DNA of 43,903 nt from a virus (lineage: Duplodnaviria > Caudoviricetes): positions 1 through 43,903 of the IMG/VR virus record IMGVR_UViG_3300024186_000005. One strand, 5' to 3'. The notes under the pieces are model-generated. The model was not told where the DNA came from. It worked only from the letters and a program-made list of their open reading frames with translations, and ran no database searches. Within the stretch, counting starts at the first letter, position 1. Each line of letters starts with the position of its first letter. The translations under genes and the position numbers were made by a program. Of the stretch, positions 1 to 8,868 are shown one piece after another.

Positions 1-138
1 TGCGCATGTGCAAGTCGAATGCACTTTCTGCGGTCAGCGGAGCCTTACCAGAAGGTTGTTCCGTCGTTGCTGCTGGTGTGCTGCTGAGAAGCGGGATTGT
101 CCGCGTCTCTTGTGTGAGCGCTTCCTTGGCACCCTCAG
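1..138. repeat. Terminal direct repeat, left copy (circular assembly overlap)
   Basis: Identical to 43767-43903 except cttccTtggc here vs cttcctggc at the right end. Confidence 0.95.
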
Positions 139-934
139 ACCTGATTTTCCCGGTGAATTGCCTGAAATTATCAGTGGCCTTTTGCAGCAAGGCTTCGTGG
201 TTTCCGGCAAGTTCGGGGTCAGACTGTGCTAATAGGGTAGCCTCAAAAGCTACTCTAACTTCGTGTTCAGCCAAATCCGGATTCATCTTCCTCCAGCTTT
301 CGGCAATCTGCTGGGCTTGGAGAGCTACCTGTGTCGTCTGGATAGCTTCCTGCTTCCACTTGTCTACGGCTGCTTTCGGATTGGCTACAAACTCGTTAAG
401 GAACTTGGTGTTCTCTTCCTGCTCCGCCGCTAGTTGCTGGGGAGTTTTTGGAGGCGGAGGTGCCGGGGGAACGGCAAGCGCTTTCTTTTCCAGTTCAGAT
501 TTTTCCTGAGCAAGTTGTGTGAGTTTCTTCTGGGCTTCAAGATAGCTTTTTTCAAGTTCATCCGGTGATTTGAATTTGCCTGCATACATCTTTTCAACGG
601 CGGGAGGAGCTTCCTTGGGAGGTTCGGGTGGCTTTGGCTCTTCCTTCGGTTGCTCGGCAGGTGGAGCTTCAACCGGCTTCTTTATCTCTTCATCGCTGAG
701 ATTGCGGAAATTCAAATCATTGCTGGGTTTGAGAGCATCGCCAGAAGTATCGCGGATAGTCCCATCAGGGCGTTCATCTGCCATCCGATGAGTTCTCACC
801 TGTACGGGTTGATGCGGCTCTTTGGTAGGCGGAGGAATGTCGGTGGGTGGTGCTGGCGGCGCGGGAGCCTCCAATGTGGATTGGGGATTGTCAGCATCCA
901 TGTATAAATCGCCAGTCATTCCTGCTTGCGGCAT
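1..934 (-). CDS. Capsid scaffolding protein, 5' part (326 aa in total; continues across the junction at 43766 to a stop at 43720)
   Basis: Not in the ORF track. ATG at 934 overlaps the upstream TGA (TGATG). Open frame MPQAGMTGDL...; Pro/Glu-rich N-terminus; MYAGKFKSPDELEKSYLEAQKKL motif typical of podovirus scaffolds; directly upstream of the capsid gene. Confidence 0.85.
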   Translation of the reverse strand, partial: MPQAGMTGDLYMDADNPQSTLEAPAPPAPPTDIPPPTKEPHQPVQVRTHRMADERPDGTIRDTSGDALKPSNDLNFRNLSDEEIKKPVEAPPAEQPKEEPKPPEPPKEAPPAVEKMYAGKFKSPDELEKSYLEAQKKLTQLAQEKSELEKKALAVPPAPPPPKTPQQLAAEQEENTKFLNEFVANPKAAVDKWKQEAIQTTQVALQAQQIAESWRKMNPDLAEHEVRVAFEATLLAQSDPELAGNHEALLQKATDNFRQFTGKIRSEGAKEALTQETRTIPLLSSTPAATTEQPSGKAPLTAESAFDLHMR

Positions 935-1356
935 CAGCCCTCCACCCTAGCATTCGTTATGAAAGTCTCTTTGGTTATTGCTCCAGCCCGTCCAGCCAAA
1001 ACACTTCCCGCCAAGTCTGCATTCTTTTCCGTCGTCAGAATAAAAGCCCGAATGAACTTCAATCCTTTGCGGTATTCGCGGAGCTGGTCAATCACTTCCT
1101 TCGGGCAAACATCCAGTTCGTTCGTAGTCCATTCCAGCTCTTTTTCAAGCTGGCTTACAATCATCTGGTAGCCGCGTGTATCCTTGATTTCTTCAATGGC
1201 GCGGCCCTTCTCAATCCAGGCTTTCAGTTCCTCATCCGGCCTGCCAAACCATTCACTTTTTATCTTGGAGGCTACGTTCTTCAGAGGCTTGGCCACGCGA
1301 TCAAGGAATTCCTGGACCTGCTGGCGGGATTCGATTTGGGCTTGGGTAGGGTTCAC
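934..1356 (-). CDS. Hypothetical helical protein upstream of scaffold
   Basis: 140 aa ORF coupled to both neighbours by stop/start overlaps. Confidence 0.75.
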   Translation of the reverse strand: MNPTQAQIESRQQVQEFLDRVAKPLKNVASKIKSEWFGRPDEELKAWIEKGRAIEEIKDTRGYQMIVSQLEKELEWTTNELDVCPKEVIDQLREYRKGLKFIRAFILTTEKNADLAGSVLAGRAGAITKETFITNARVEG

Positions 1357-1928
1357 CGTTTGATTTTCTCTGCCGGGGCATTCTCCGCCGCCAGCACTCC
1401 ATCCCGATTAGCCCCGTAAAGGCTTTCAGTCCTGGTAGGACGCCTGAAAAAGAGTTCAGAACTGTTCGCATCCGTCATCAGCGGGTCCGCTGCCAGATTC
1501 GGCGGGCCTTCAAGGAAGCCTTCATCTCCTGCATTCCTTGGCATGGGAGCACGGCGGGGCGTGAAAGTCGCATAGCTGTTGAAGGGAACATTCCCATCGC
1601 GGGATACCTTCTGAACATTAACTGCGCCATGCAACTCCTGTGGGCGAGTTTCCGTTGCCATATAGGGAGCGGTATCAAGATGCTGTTTGAGAGTTAGAAT
1701 GTCTAAATCACCTTCCGCTACTGAACCGATCTCGCCCGGAGGAATAACATTCCTGAACTTGGCATCCTTTTCGAGATTCTCATTATTGGCTGTCTGGCCT
1801 TCAGGAACTGGGTCACCGGAAGGGGGGAATCCAGATGACCCGTCTCCTGTGGGACGCTGCACTCTTACATCCATGCCGAAGTCATTGCTCTTTTCCTGCG
1901 TGATGTATCCGGGAACGCGCTTTCTCAT
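1353..1928 (-). CDS. Disordered head-region protein with TETRPQELHGxVNxQK motif
   Basis: 191 aa; ATGA overlap; motif shared with 2109-2390. Confidence 0.75.
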   Translation of the reverse strand: MRKRVPGYITQEKSNDFGMDVRVQRPTGDGSSGFPPSGDPVPEGQTANNENLEKDAKFRNVIPPGEIGSVAEGDLDILTLKQHLDTAPYMATETRPQELHGAVNVQKVSRDGNVPFNSYATFTPRRAPMPRNAGDEGFLEGPPNLAADPLMTDANSSELFFRRPTRTESLYGANRDGVLAAENAPAEKIKR

Positions 1929-2107
1929 GCCTTAGCTCCTGAACGTCGCGCCTTCGATAGCGCAATCGCCGTCATCATCGCTTCCTTCGCTGCGCCCGTC
2001 TTTCCTGTCGCCTTCACTGTCTTGGGCACGTTCGTATACACCTCATGGAAGGCAGCCTCTACTCTGGGGTCTGAGCCAGACCTTCCACCCTTCGCGTACC
2101 GCTTCAC
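1925..2107 (-). CDS. Small basic protein (DUF6496-like)
   Basis: 60 aa, Lys/Ala-rich, C-terminal AIALSKAR motif. Confidence 0.65.
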   Translation of the reverse strand: MKRYAKGGRSGSDPRVEAAFHEVYTNVPKTVKATGKTGAAKEAMMTAIALSKARRSGAKA

Positions 2108-2108
2108 G

Positions 2109-2390
2109 TTACCCTCGGACGGTGCCCTTGGGGTCCGTCAAATCCGTATAAGGGATGAACGAAGGCGCTTTGCCGGGATCGGCGGTGGTCTTTTGATAAT
2201 TCACCGAACCATGCAATTCCTGTGGACGGGTTTCGGTTTCAGAGAATGCGCAGGTGTAAATTTCGCCTCCGCCCTTTGAATTCCCTTCACCCGCTAGCCC
2301 CGGAGTCTCTGGAGTTGACGGCACCACCATGTGCGCCTGGTCAATTGCAGATTCGGTAGCTGCTCCCGAAGTTGGCTTTACGTTTGGCAT
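2109..2390 (-). CDS. Small head-region protein with TETRPQELHGxVNxQK motif
   Basis: 93 aa; strong RBS AAGGAGG; directly downstream of a consensus promoter. Confidence 0.8.
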   Translation of the reverse strand: MPNVKPTSGAATESAIDQAHMVVPSTPETPGLAGEGNSKGGGEIYTCAFSETETRPQELHGSVNYQKTTADPGKAPSFIPYTDLTDPKGTVRG

Positions 2391-2407
2391 AGTATGCCTC
2401 CTTTTTC

Positions 2408-2436
2408 ATTATACTACTGGAAATTCAGTTTGTCAA
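2408..2436 (-). promoter_or_regulatory. Perfect sigma70 promoter for the head operon
   Basis: TTGACA-17 nt-TATAAT, then AAGGAGG and ATG at 2390. Confidence 0.9.
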
Positions 2437-2442
2437 TCACTT

Positions 2443-4470
2443 TCATTGCGTTCCACCGGGAGGATTAGGTGGCTGGCCCAATCCTTGTGCCGCATCCATC
2501 AGCTTGTGCAGGGCGTCCTGATCGGACTGCTCCACAATTTTAGATCGCTGCATAAATGCCTTGGCCTGTTCCTTGTGATAAGGATTCTGCGCGGTAACGG
2601 CGGCTTGTCTTGATTGCTCCTGCATCTCTTCTGCTTCTGGCGGAACAAGTTCCCAAGGCTCGGGGAAGTGATAGGAGTCGAAGATTCTGCGGAAGATTCC
2701 GGCCATGTTGACGCCGGACTGGGCCATTGCCTGTGGTCCGCCCATCTGAGCGAACATGGCCATCAGGTCCTTGTACTTAGAAAGATTCTGCTGGCGCTCG
2801 AGCGTCCGGCTCATGCCGTGAGCCTGGAAGTTATACTTCCCGTAAATGAGACTGAGGCGCTTATCTATCGGCAGGTTATCGAGTAGCGGTCCTACCTGTG
2901 ACCCTAGCAAATCCGTCCATGTGGGTTTGGTTGTAGAGTCAATAAACTGGAAGGCTCGCGCCCAAATCTTTTCCGCTACAAATATCAGGCAGTTATCTTC
3001 GATGGTTTGGGCGATGTCCGCTATCGAGAGGGTGCTTTGGAGTTGCGTGGACTGGACTTCGGTAGCCGTTGTTTCCCCTTTAACGTCAAGAAGCCCTTGT
3101 GCTTGTTCAGTGATGAAAGTTCCCCGCTGATACTCTTTAGACATTTCCATTTGAAAATTGAAAGAAGAGTTTCCGAGTTGCGGAAACTGTACCCCAGCAA
3201 CCGCTTGCGCCCCGGCCCCGGCTCGCTTGTAAAAGACTTTCCCTGGCTGTACACCGGTCTGCATATCTCCTTCTGGATTTTCGAGCGCACTAGCTTCTAC
3301 CTCCATCATCGGCACAACAGAGAATTTTAAGTGGTCCTCTTGCATCTGCGCGAGACGGTCAATTCCGTCCTTAACGCTAAGATTCATTTCGAGTAGTCCC
3401 TGTCCAGGGAAGCGTCCAGCTACAACTAGCGGTGAAAAGATGATGTAAGGCGGAAGCCCATCCCAATAAGGGTTTTTCTCATACTTCAGTATTGTCGTTC
3501 GGTTCGCAATGAGGATATGCACATTGGAGTCCACAACTTTCTGGCTGTGAACGTCAATGATGTCACCCCAGTATTCCCAGATAAGAGCCTGTTTACGGTA
3601 ATGTTCCGCTGGAATTTGCCTCTTATCGTATCGAGCAAAATCGCGTGTATATACTTGGTCAGCGAAATACATCTGGTCGGCGATTCTATCGACATGCTCC
3701 AACTCATTGGTGTTCTCTAAACCTTTCTGGCCCTTGAGTTCATCCACGTCAACCAGCGTTTCCTCGATGATGAAGTCATAACGATTATTGTCGCGTGTAC
3801 GAGGGCCAAACCATATATGAAATGGGTCAATACTCTGGACATAGAGATGCCCTTCCTTGCGCTTCTTCTGAGTCAGGAATGGTCCGGTATCATCGCCGCC
3901 AACCGATAAGTCAAAAACATTGTCATAGGCCCAGCCGAACTTCAGGCATCCCAAACCACAGATAGCTCCATATTCCAGGGCATCGCGGAACTGACTCCTA
4001 AAATGTGCGGTTCTGGCGAGTTTAAGGATCACGGATTCAACGAAGGGAGCAAAGATGGCATTCGTTGAAGTTTCCTTTTCTACCGTGACCCATTGCTCCG
4101 TCTGCAAGAGCGTCCGCATGATCTGCGCAACGAAGTTCTTAACTGCCGAATGCGCTTTTGCAAAAGTGATTCGGCTCTGCCAAGGAGCTTTATCATCAAA
4201 ATCCTGTTTGTTTCGATACTGTCCGTAGCAGTCGAGCCAGTTGTTTCTGATGATGTATTCCCGCATGAACGCTTCATTCCGGTAGCGTTCGATCTGCGAG
4301 ACAATTTCCGCATCGCTTAGTCCCGCGACTCTTTCCGTAGCTTCATTCGCGTCATCAGAATGCGTGCCTTCATCTGAGTCCCGAGCACCAGGGCCATTAT
4401 CGAGCGGAGGAACACCATCAGGTTTTCCCGGAGGCATGCCAAAAGACGAGATGGGGTTGGCGGCTCCCAT
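2443..4470 (-). CDS. Portal protein (podovirus type)
   Basis: 675 aa downstream of terL; motifs ...GLGCLKFGW, SIDPFHIWF, KNPYWDGLPPY, GQGLLE, ETTATEV typical of P22/T7-like portals. Confidence 0.88.
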   Translation of the reverse strand: MGAANPISSFGMPPGKPDGVPPLDNGPGARDSDEGTHSDDANEATERVAGLSDAEIVSQIERYRNEAFMREYIIRNNWLDCYGQYRNKQDFDDKAPWQSRITFAKAHSAVKNFVAQIMRTLLQTEQWVTVEKETSTNAIFAPFVESVILKLARTAHFRSQFRDALEYGAICGLGCLKFGWAYDNVFDLSVGGDDTGPFLTQKKRKEGHLYVQSIDPFHIWFGPRTRDNNRYDFIIEETLVDVDELKGQKGLENTNELEHVDRIADQMYFADQVYTRDFARYDKRQIPAEHYRKQALIWEYWGDIIDVHSQKVVDSNVHILIANRTTILKYEKNPYWDGLPPYIIFSPLVVAGRFPGQGLLEMNLSVKDGIDRLAQMQEDHLKFSVVPMMEVEASALENPEGDMQTGVQPGKVFYKRAGAGAQAVAGVQFPQLGNSSFNFQMEMSKEYQRGTFITEQAQGLLDVKGETTATEVQSTQLQSTLSIADIAQTIEDNCLIFVAEKIWARAFQFIDSTTKPTWTDLLGSQVGPLLDNLPIDKRLSLIYGKYNFQAHGMSRTLERQQNLSKYKDLMAMFAQMGGPQAMAQSGVNMAGIFRRIFDSYHFPEPWELVPPEAEEMQEQSRQAAVTAQNPYHKEQAKAFMQRSKIVEQSDQDALHKLMDAAQGLGQPPNPPGGTQ

Positions 4471-4471
4471 T

Positions 4472-5068
4472 TCACTCCACCTGCCCTAGTGTCAGGCCAC
4501 GCGATAGTGGAAACTCAATCCAGCGTATGCCCTTGATTTTCTGGAACGCTTCCCAATGCTCAGTCGTCTGCGGGTCGGGCGTGCCATCCGTGCAGGTACG
4601 GAGCCGGGAGGTATCGTGCATTGCAAAGATAGTGCCGCTAGGAATTAGTTTCCTCTCAAGGCAGATTTCCAGTTCTTTCGTTCTAAGCGGAAGCAAGGAA
4701 TCGAAAAAAGCGAAATCGAATCGCTCATTCGTTTCCTCTAGATACTTCATCGAATCAGTGACCACGATGTCCGCCCATTGCTCAAGTTCCTCATGTTCAA
4801 GCTGCTTCCAGCCGTTTCTGGCCAGATTCGGATGAATCTCCAGCGAGAATACGTGCCCAAATCCATTCCGCTGTAAAGCCCTTGCGATATAAGCCGTACC
4901 CAATCCCTGGTAGGAGCCAGTCTCAAGAACCTTCAACGGCTTCAGGCAATAGATGAGCGCATAGAGGAGATAGAGGTATTCTTCCTCGGTTGAACCGGCA
5001 TCATGCGAATGGAAGAGCCAGGCTCGCTCTTCAAAAACATGGCAATGGTTTTCCGTCTCTATCTTCAC
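4472..5068 (-). CDS. Class I SAM-dependent methyltransferase (Methyltransf_24-like, small-molecule/sugar O-MTase type)
   Basis: KVLETGSYQGLGT, SLEI, FDFAFFDS and AMHDT motifs; likely GTG start overlapping the terL stop (track start 5113). Confidence 0.85.
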   Translation of the reverse strand: MKIETENHCHVFEERAWLFHSHDAGSTEEEYLYLLYALIYCLKPLKVLETGSYQGLGTAYIARALQRNGFGHVFSLEIHPNLARNGWKQLEHEELEQWADIVVTDSMKYLEETNERFDFAFFDSLLPLRTKELEICLERKLIPSGTIFAMHDTSRLRTCTDGTPDPQTTEHWEAFQKIKGIRWIEFPLSRGLTLGQVE

Positions 5069-6576
5069 TGACTGACACGATTGATTTCCGGGGGTTTGGG
5101 GAGGTCGCGCCAACTGTTGTTCCTGCGCGGAGCGTTGCCGGGACGGGCATAGCCATGCACAGCCTTCTCGGTTACAGGGCCGGTTCTATACTGGGGAATC
5201 GTGGGCTGCTCGCGCTTGTGGACAGCCTGCCAGACACTCGAATTAGCGAAGTAGCGGAGCGGATCATAGGCATGATCGGGGATGCCCTCGGCACGCTCTT
5301 CTGTGAATTCCTTATCGCCGGTAAGCGGGTTGCGTGTCTCGGCGTGCCTTTGCAGCTGAATCTGGTCAATCAGGTTAGTGCAGCGGGAGCTAATAAACAG
5401 GCGTGGACTTCCAGATAAACCTGTCACCGGGTTACGGAGCCGGGGATTGATGTACATCAGCTCCTGGAGATTGGCTATAGAGGCGGCTTCGTTGTTGTCT
5501 GCTCTTTGCAGATATAGACCGCATTCACGGTATTCCTGAGCGATGGATGTGGTAGTTGTCCTGCGGTCACGTGTGGATTCGACGAAGATAGACGGATCGG
5601 CATAGATGCCGCGTACTGAATATCGATTATCACGCAGGAGTTTATTAATGGAGCCACTATGCTCGCGTATAGTAATCGTGCGGCCAGGAGTAGAGCGTTT
5701 GTAATACTCATGCGTAATGAAATGAAAGTTATCGCTGGAAGAGGCGCTAATGAGAACGCAGGTGGGAGCGCTGAGGCCGTAGTCCATCCATCCCCAGCAG
5801 GATTTGATGTTAAGGGAGTCGTAGGGGTCGAACCGGTCGGCGTCATAAACATGCACCTCACGCTTGAAATCGGGGTGTATGGCGCCTTCAAAGATATCCC
5901 TTGAACCATAGACCCAACGGCGCTTCCAGGTTTCTGGCTTCGCCATCAGCATGTTGTAGTAGCCGGGGGAGTTCTTGTCAAGCATGGCCTTGTTGATACC
6001 AGTTTCCCCAAAGTAATAGGCCCTGTCGCTGCGCTCTCCAACTACATCGGGATGGAAGCGGAAGTATATCCAGTCATGGCCATTGGGGTTACACTCGCCC
6101 CAGATATAAGCCGGGCAAGGCTCTTTCCATTCGGGCTTGGACCAGCGGCCAACGCGGGAATCCAGGAACTCCCACATCTCAGGATGAATCTCCTCGGCCT
6201 GGCTGATTAAAGCACCATTGATTTCCAAGGACCGCAAGTCGCCTTCGCTCATTTCATCCAAGTGAATCCAGAGAATCTCAGAGCCGTTATGGAGCACCAT
6301 ATTCTCTTTGACATCGCGCTTGATCCAGCTAGGCGGGCAGAACTTGTCGAAAGTCTTGCGGGTGGTGTTCATCAGGGTTTTGTAAGTCTGGCGGGCCACA
6401 ACCCACCGGCTGCCGGGAAACTCTTTGGCAAGGATAAGCAGGCGCATGATGGCACCTGTAGTCTTGCCATTGCCCACGCCACCATCGAACATACTCTCCC
6501 GCTTCGTATTCCAGATAAACGCTTCCTGCACGGGGTTTGCAGGCTCGAATACGATTTCCTGGCGCTTAGGCTTCAT
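5065..6576 (-). CDS. terL: Terminase large subunit
   Basis: Walker A DGGVGNGKT, coupling motif ECNP, nuclease WMDYG and DHAYDPLRY. Confidence 0.93.
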   Translation of the reverse strand: MKPKRQEIVFEPANPVQEAFIWNTKRESMFDGGVGNGKTTGAIMRLLILAKEFPGSRWVVARQTYKTLMNTTRKTFDKFCPPSWIKRDVKENMVLHNGSEILWIHLDEMSEGDLRSLEINGALISQAEEIHPEMWEFLDSRVGRWSKPEWKEPCPAYIWGECNPNGHDWIYFRFHPDVVGERSDRAYYFGETGINKAMLDKNSPGYYNMLMAKPETWKRRWVYGSRDIFEGAIHPDFKREVHVYDADRFDPYDSLNIKSCWGWMDYGLSAPTCVLISASSSDNFHFITHEYYKRSTPGRTITIREHSGSINKLLRDNRYSVRGIYADPSIFVESTRDRRTTTTSIAQEYRECGLYLQRADNNEAASIANLQELMYINPRLRNPVTGLSGSPRLFISSRCTNLIDQIQLQRHAETRNPLTGDKEFTEERAEGIPDHAYDPLRYFANSSVWQAVHKREQPTIPQYRTGPVTEKAVHGYARPGNAPRRNNSWRDLPKPPEINRVSQ

Positions 6577-6851
6577 AGAGGGGCGGTGGGAGAATCGGCG
6601 TAAAGCGGCCTTTCCACATGCTGCTCGAGCTGTTCCAGCAGATTCAGCAAATCCTGCCGTTGAAGCTTCTGAACTCCACTCGGGGCAAATATGAGAGGGA
6701 TGACAGAATCGAGTCCTGGTACTTTAACGGTAGAGAGATAGTGGAGGGTTTCCACGTCGCGGACAACCAGGATGTCACCCTTCGCTAGCTGCAACTTCGC
6801 CAGATGGTCCAGAACCTGCTTCGTGGATATCTGATACCTGTTTTTCCGCAA
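6573..6851 (-). CDS. Hypothetical protein between terS and terL
   Basis: 92 aa; stop overlaps the terL ATG. Confidence 0.65.
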   Translation of the reverse strand: MRKNRYQISTKQVLDHLAKLQLAKGDILVVRDVETLHYLSTVKVPGLDSVIPLIFAPSGVQKLQRQDLLNLLEQLEQHVERPLYADSPTAPL

Positions 6852-7368
6852 GCAACCCCCTTGGCGTATTCCGCGCTTTCAGTTCATCGAGCCTGGCCTG
6901 ACAGCGGGCATTCTCCTCCGCCTCCAACTCTTCCGCCGTTGGCAGGGCTTTGGCAGTCCGCAGAGCATTAATCCGGGAAGCATTGGCACCTACAATCACC
7001 ATGACCTGCCCTATGGCATTGATCGTCGTCCCTGATTGCTGGTCCGTAGCCTCGCCCCTAGCCGCCAAAGCCAGCCGGATCGCCCCAATCGCGTCCTTGT
7101 CGGCACCTTCCTCAATCATCTTCCTGAGCCGATACCCCATCAGCAGGTTCGTTACTCCAACCGCTTTCAACGCTTCCTGGAACTTTCGCTTGTCATAACG
7201 CCTGAAAACCCGCCCGGCCTGGTCCTCCGCCGTACTTTCAGAAAATCCAACCGCCCGCGCCGAAGCCGTCTTGTTCCCTTTTGTCGGCGATTCATCCCCG
7301 TAATACGCCATCAGGAACGCCTGGTCCCTCGCTATAGACGCTGCAATGCTTTTGCTTAATCGGCTCAT
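6775..7368 (-). CDS. terS: Terminase small subunit
   Basis: N-terminal AFLMAYY...GNKTASARAVGFSESTA HTH typical of TerS; upstream of terL. Confidence 0.8.
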   Translation of the reverse strand: MSRLSKSIAASIARDQAFLMAYYGDESPTKGNKTASARAVGFSESTAEDQAGRVFRRYDKRKFQEALKAVGVTNLLMGYRLRKMIEEGADKDAIGAIRLALAARGEATDQQSGTTINAIGQVMVIVGANASRINALRTAKALPTAEELEAEENARCQARLDELKARNTPRGLLAEKQVSDIHEAGSGPSGEVAASEG

Positions 7369-7700
7369 GCTTCAGCTAGCCCCTTGCATTGCCAGCAGTG
7401 ATATCCCTTTTCTGTCCCATGCACACAGGTTCGAGCTTTTCTGCCATCTCCTGCATTTTCTCCCACACCCTCTTTTCGAGAATTATCGTGTTGTTCGGCC
7501 CTACCATATTCGGACTTACCCACATCCCCGGCACTACTTCGATGAGTCCGCTTTTCATCAGACGTTCCCCAATCTCTTCCAGATTCATTGCATCGCTCCC
7601 GTATCCAGGCCGAAAGACTTTTGCCAGATTCCCCAGCTAACCGAGTCCATTCCCCAAGTTCCGTTTTGTCTAGACGTAAGTTGATTTGTATACGCTCCAT
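7365..7700 (-). CDS. Ribbon-helix-helix (CopG-like) regulator with Cys/His C-terminus
   Basis: QINLRL...GKSLSAWIRE RHH pattern; CVHG..HCWQC tail; stop overlaps the terS ATG. Confidence 0.7.
   Translation of the reverse strand: MERIQINLRLDKTELGEWTRLAGESGKSLSAWIRERCNESGRDWGTSDEKRTHRSSAGDVGKSEYGRAEQHDNSRKEGVGENAGDGRKARTCVHGTEKGYHCWQCKGLAEA
7376..7588 (-). CDS. Possible overprinted 70 aa protein inside the RHH gene
   Basis: GGAG RBS 8 nt before ATG; protein-like composition. Confidence 0.4.
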   Translation of the reverse strand: MNLEEIGERLMKSGLIEVVPGMWVSPNMVGPNNTIILEKRVWEKMQEMAEKLEPVCMGQKRDITAGNARG

Positions 7701-7750
7701 GTCTAGACAATAGGCCCCCGCCCTAGTTTGTAAATTGATTTGTCTAGACA
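7667..7750. promoter_or_regulatory. Three TGTCTAGAC(A) palindromes, candidate RHH operators
   Basis: Copies at 7667, 7700 and 7741 flank the RHH start codon. Confidence 0.7.
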
Positions 7751-8142
7751 GATACCCCCGGCCAAAGAAATCGCGCTTCTCTCAGGTGCAACTGCCCCGC
7801 CTTCTACTAAAGAGTCACTCCGAGGGGCTTCCCCAGTGACCATCCTTTGTCGTTGCGTCCGATAATAAACCATTATGTTAACCAATATGCGTTGATAACA
7901 CTAGACTTATCATGCGTTGCACCATAACAGGGCAGTTTGCGGTACGGATGTGAGACGATGAGTGTGTCAGGATTGACACAGAATGATGCGAAGAGAGCGT
8001 GAGATGCATGGAGATCAACCCAATTCCTTCGCTTATATAGCCGTGCTGATTTCATTGAACTTACAGCTGTTTGCTTTGTGACCAAATATTGTCAGTACTA
8101 AATGCCAATTAGTGGGCAGTAGATTAGGGGCTGTATTGCTGA

Positions 8143-8361
8143 TTAGTCGTGGAATCGGAGCACCTTTTGGATGATCTTGCCTTGGCGGGTGAACTCTAGG
8201 GCTTGCTGATGGACTTCAGGCTTGTCCTGATGCTCTTCGCGTGGGCAGGTAGCTGGGATGTGGGTAATACGCATGGATTTGCCCTTCCACCAAGCATTTA
8301 CAGACTCTTCAGTGACTATAGTGCGGGCTGAATCGGCCAGCACAAGTGGATAGAATCTCAG
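8143..8361 (-). CDS. Hypothetical protein (CTG start at 8361 or GTG at 8343)
   Basis: Open frame; CTG overlaps the upstream TGA (CTGA). Confidence 0.5.
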   Translation of the reverse strand: MRFYPLVLADSARTIVTEESVNAWWKGKSMRITHIPATCPREEHQDKPEVHQQALEFTRQGKIIQKVLRFHD

Positions 8362-8678
8362 GCGAGCACCAATCCTTGCCTGATTAGCCTTGCTGTCATG
8401 CCGCCAGGCGTCTCCAGGCGCTCGCTCGAGCGTTTATTGGTCCTTGGCGCTATGATGGTGAATTGCCCTTCTAGGAAACGCTTGCATTCGCTTTGCTGGA
8501 TGACTGAGAGCTGGCGCAGATCGGCCAGCGCATGGAATGTATGCACAGGCCCGATATACAGATAACGGTCTATGTTTGTTTGCTTTGCGCAGCCGGACAA
8601 TAGGAGGGAATCGCGCTCTTCGCGCTTGATGTGCTTGCGGCTGCCATCAGGATAGGTGAGCAGGTATCGTTTGGAGAT
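8358..8678 (-). CDS. Hypothetical protein, first gene of the leftward packaging transcript
   Basis: Frame stays open upstream of the track's TTG (8600) through ISKRYLLTYPDGSRKHIKREERD; possible ATC start at 8678. Confidence 0.5.
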   Translation of the reverse strand: MSKRYLLTYPDGSRKHIKREERDSLLLSGCAKQTNIDRYLYIGPVHTFHALADLRQLSVIQQSECKRFLEGQFTIIAPRTNKRSSERLETPGGMTARLIRQGLVLA

Positions 8679-8747
8679 GATTCTACTCGCTGGGCTGCAT
8701 TGCCGCCATAATTCGGCGCGGCGGAGCGCTCGGTGACTCTGTAGTGG

Positions 8748-8776
8748 AATATGTGCTGTTCAGTACGACTAGTCAA
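8748..8776 (-). promoter_or_regulatory. Leftward sigma70-like promoter
   Basis: TTGACT-17 nt-CATATT. Confidence 0.5.
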
Positions 8777-8868
8777 GCCCTCGCCGTTAACTTCACTCTA
8801 TTAGGCTGTATCTGGAGTGTTTGTGCTAGACTAGTACTCACAATCTTTCATAGTACTTCACTTTGCCA

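Noticed and set aside
1-138. Physical terminal repeat of the virion DNA
   Set aside because: It falls inside the scaffold CDS and is more simply an assembly overlap.
6-907. Plus-strand ORFs at the left end and the 430-672 minus ORF
   Set aside because: Shadows of the scaffold gene, which the track missed because it runs off the window edge.
7703-8085. Short minus-strand ORFs 7703-7885 and 7873-8085
   Set aside because: No convincing RBS or protein-like pattern; the region looks regulatory.
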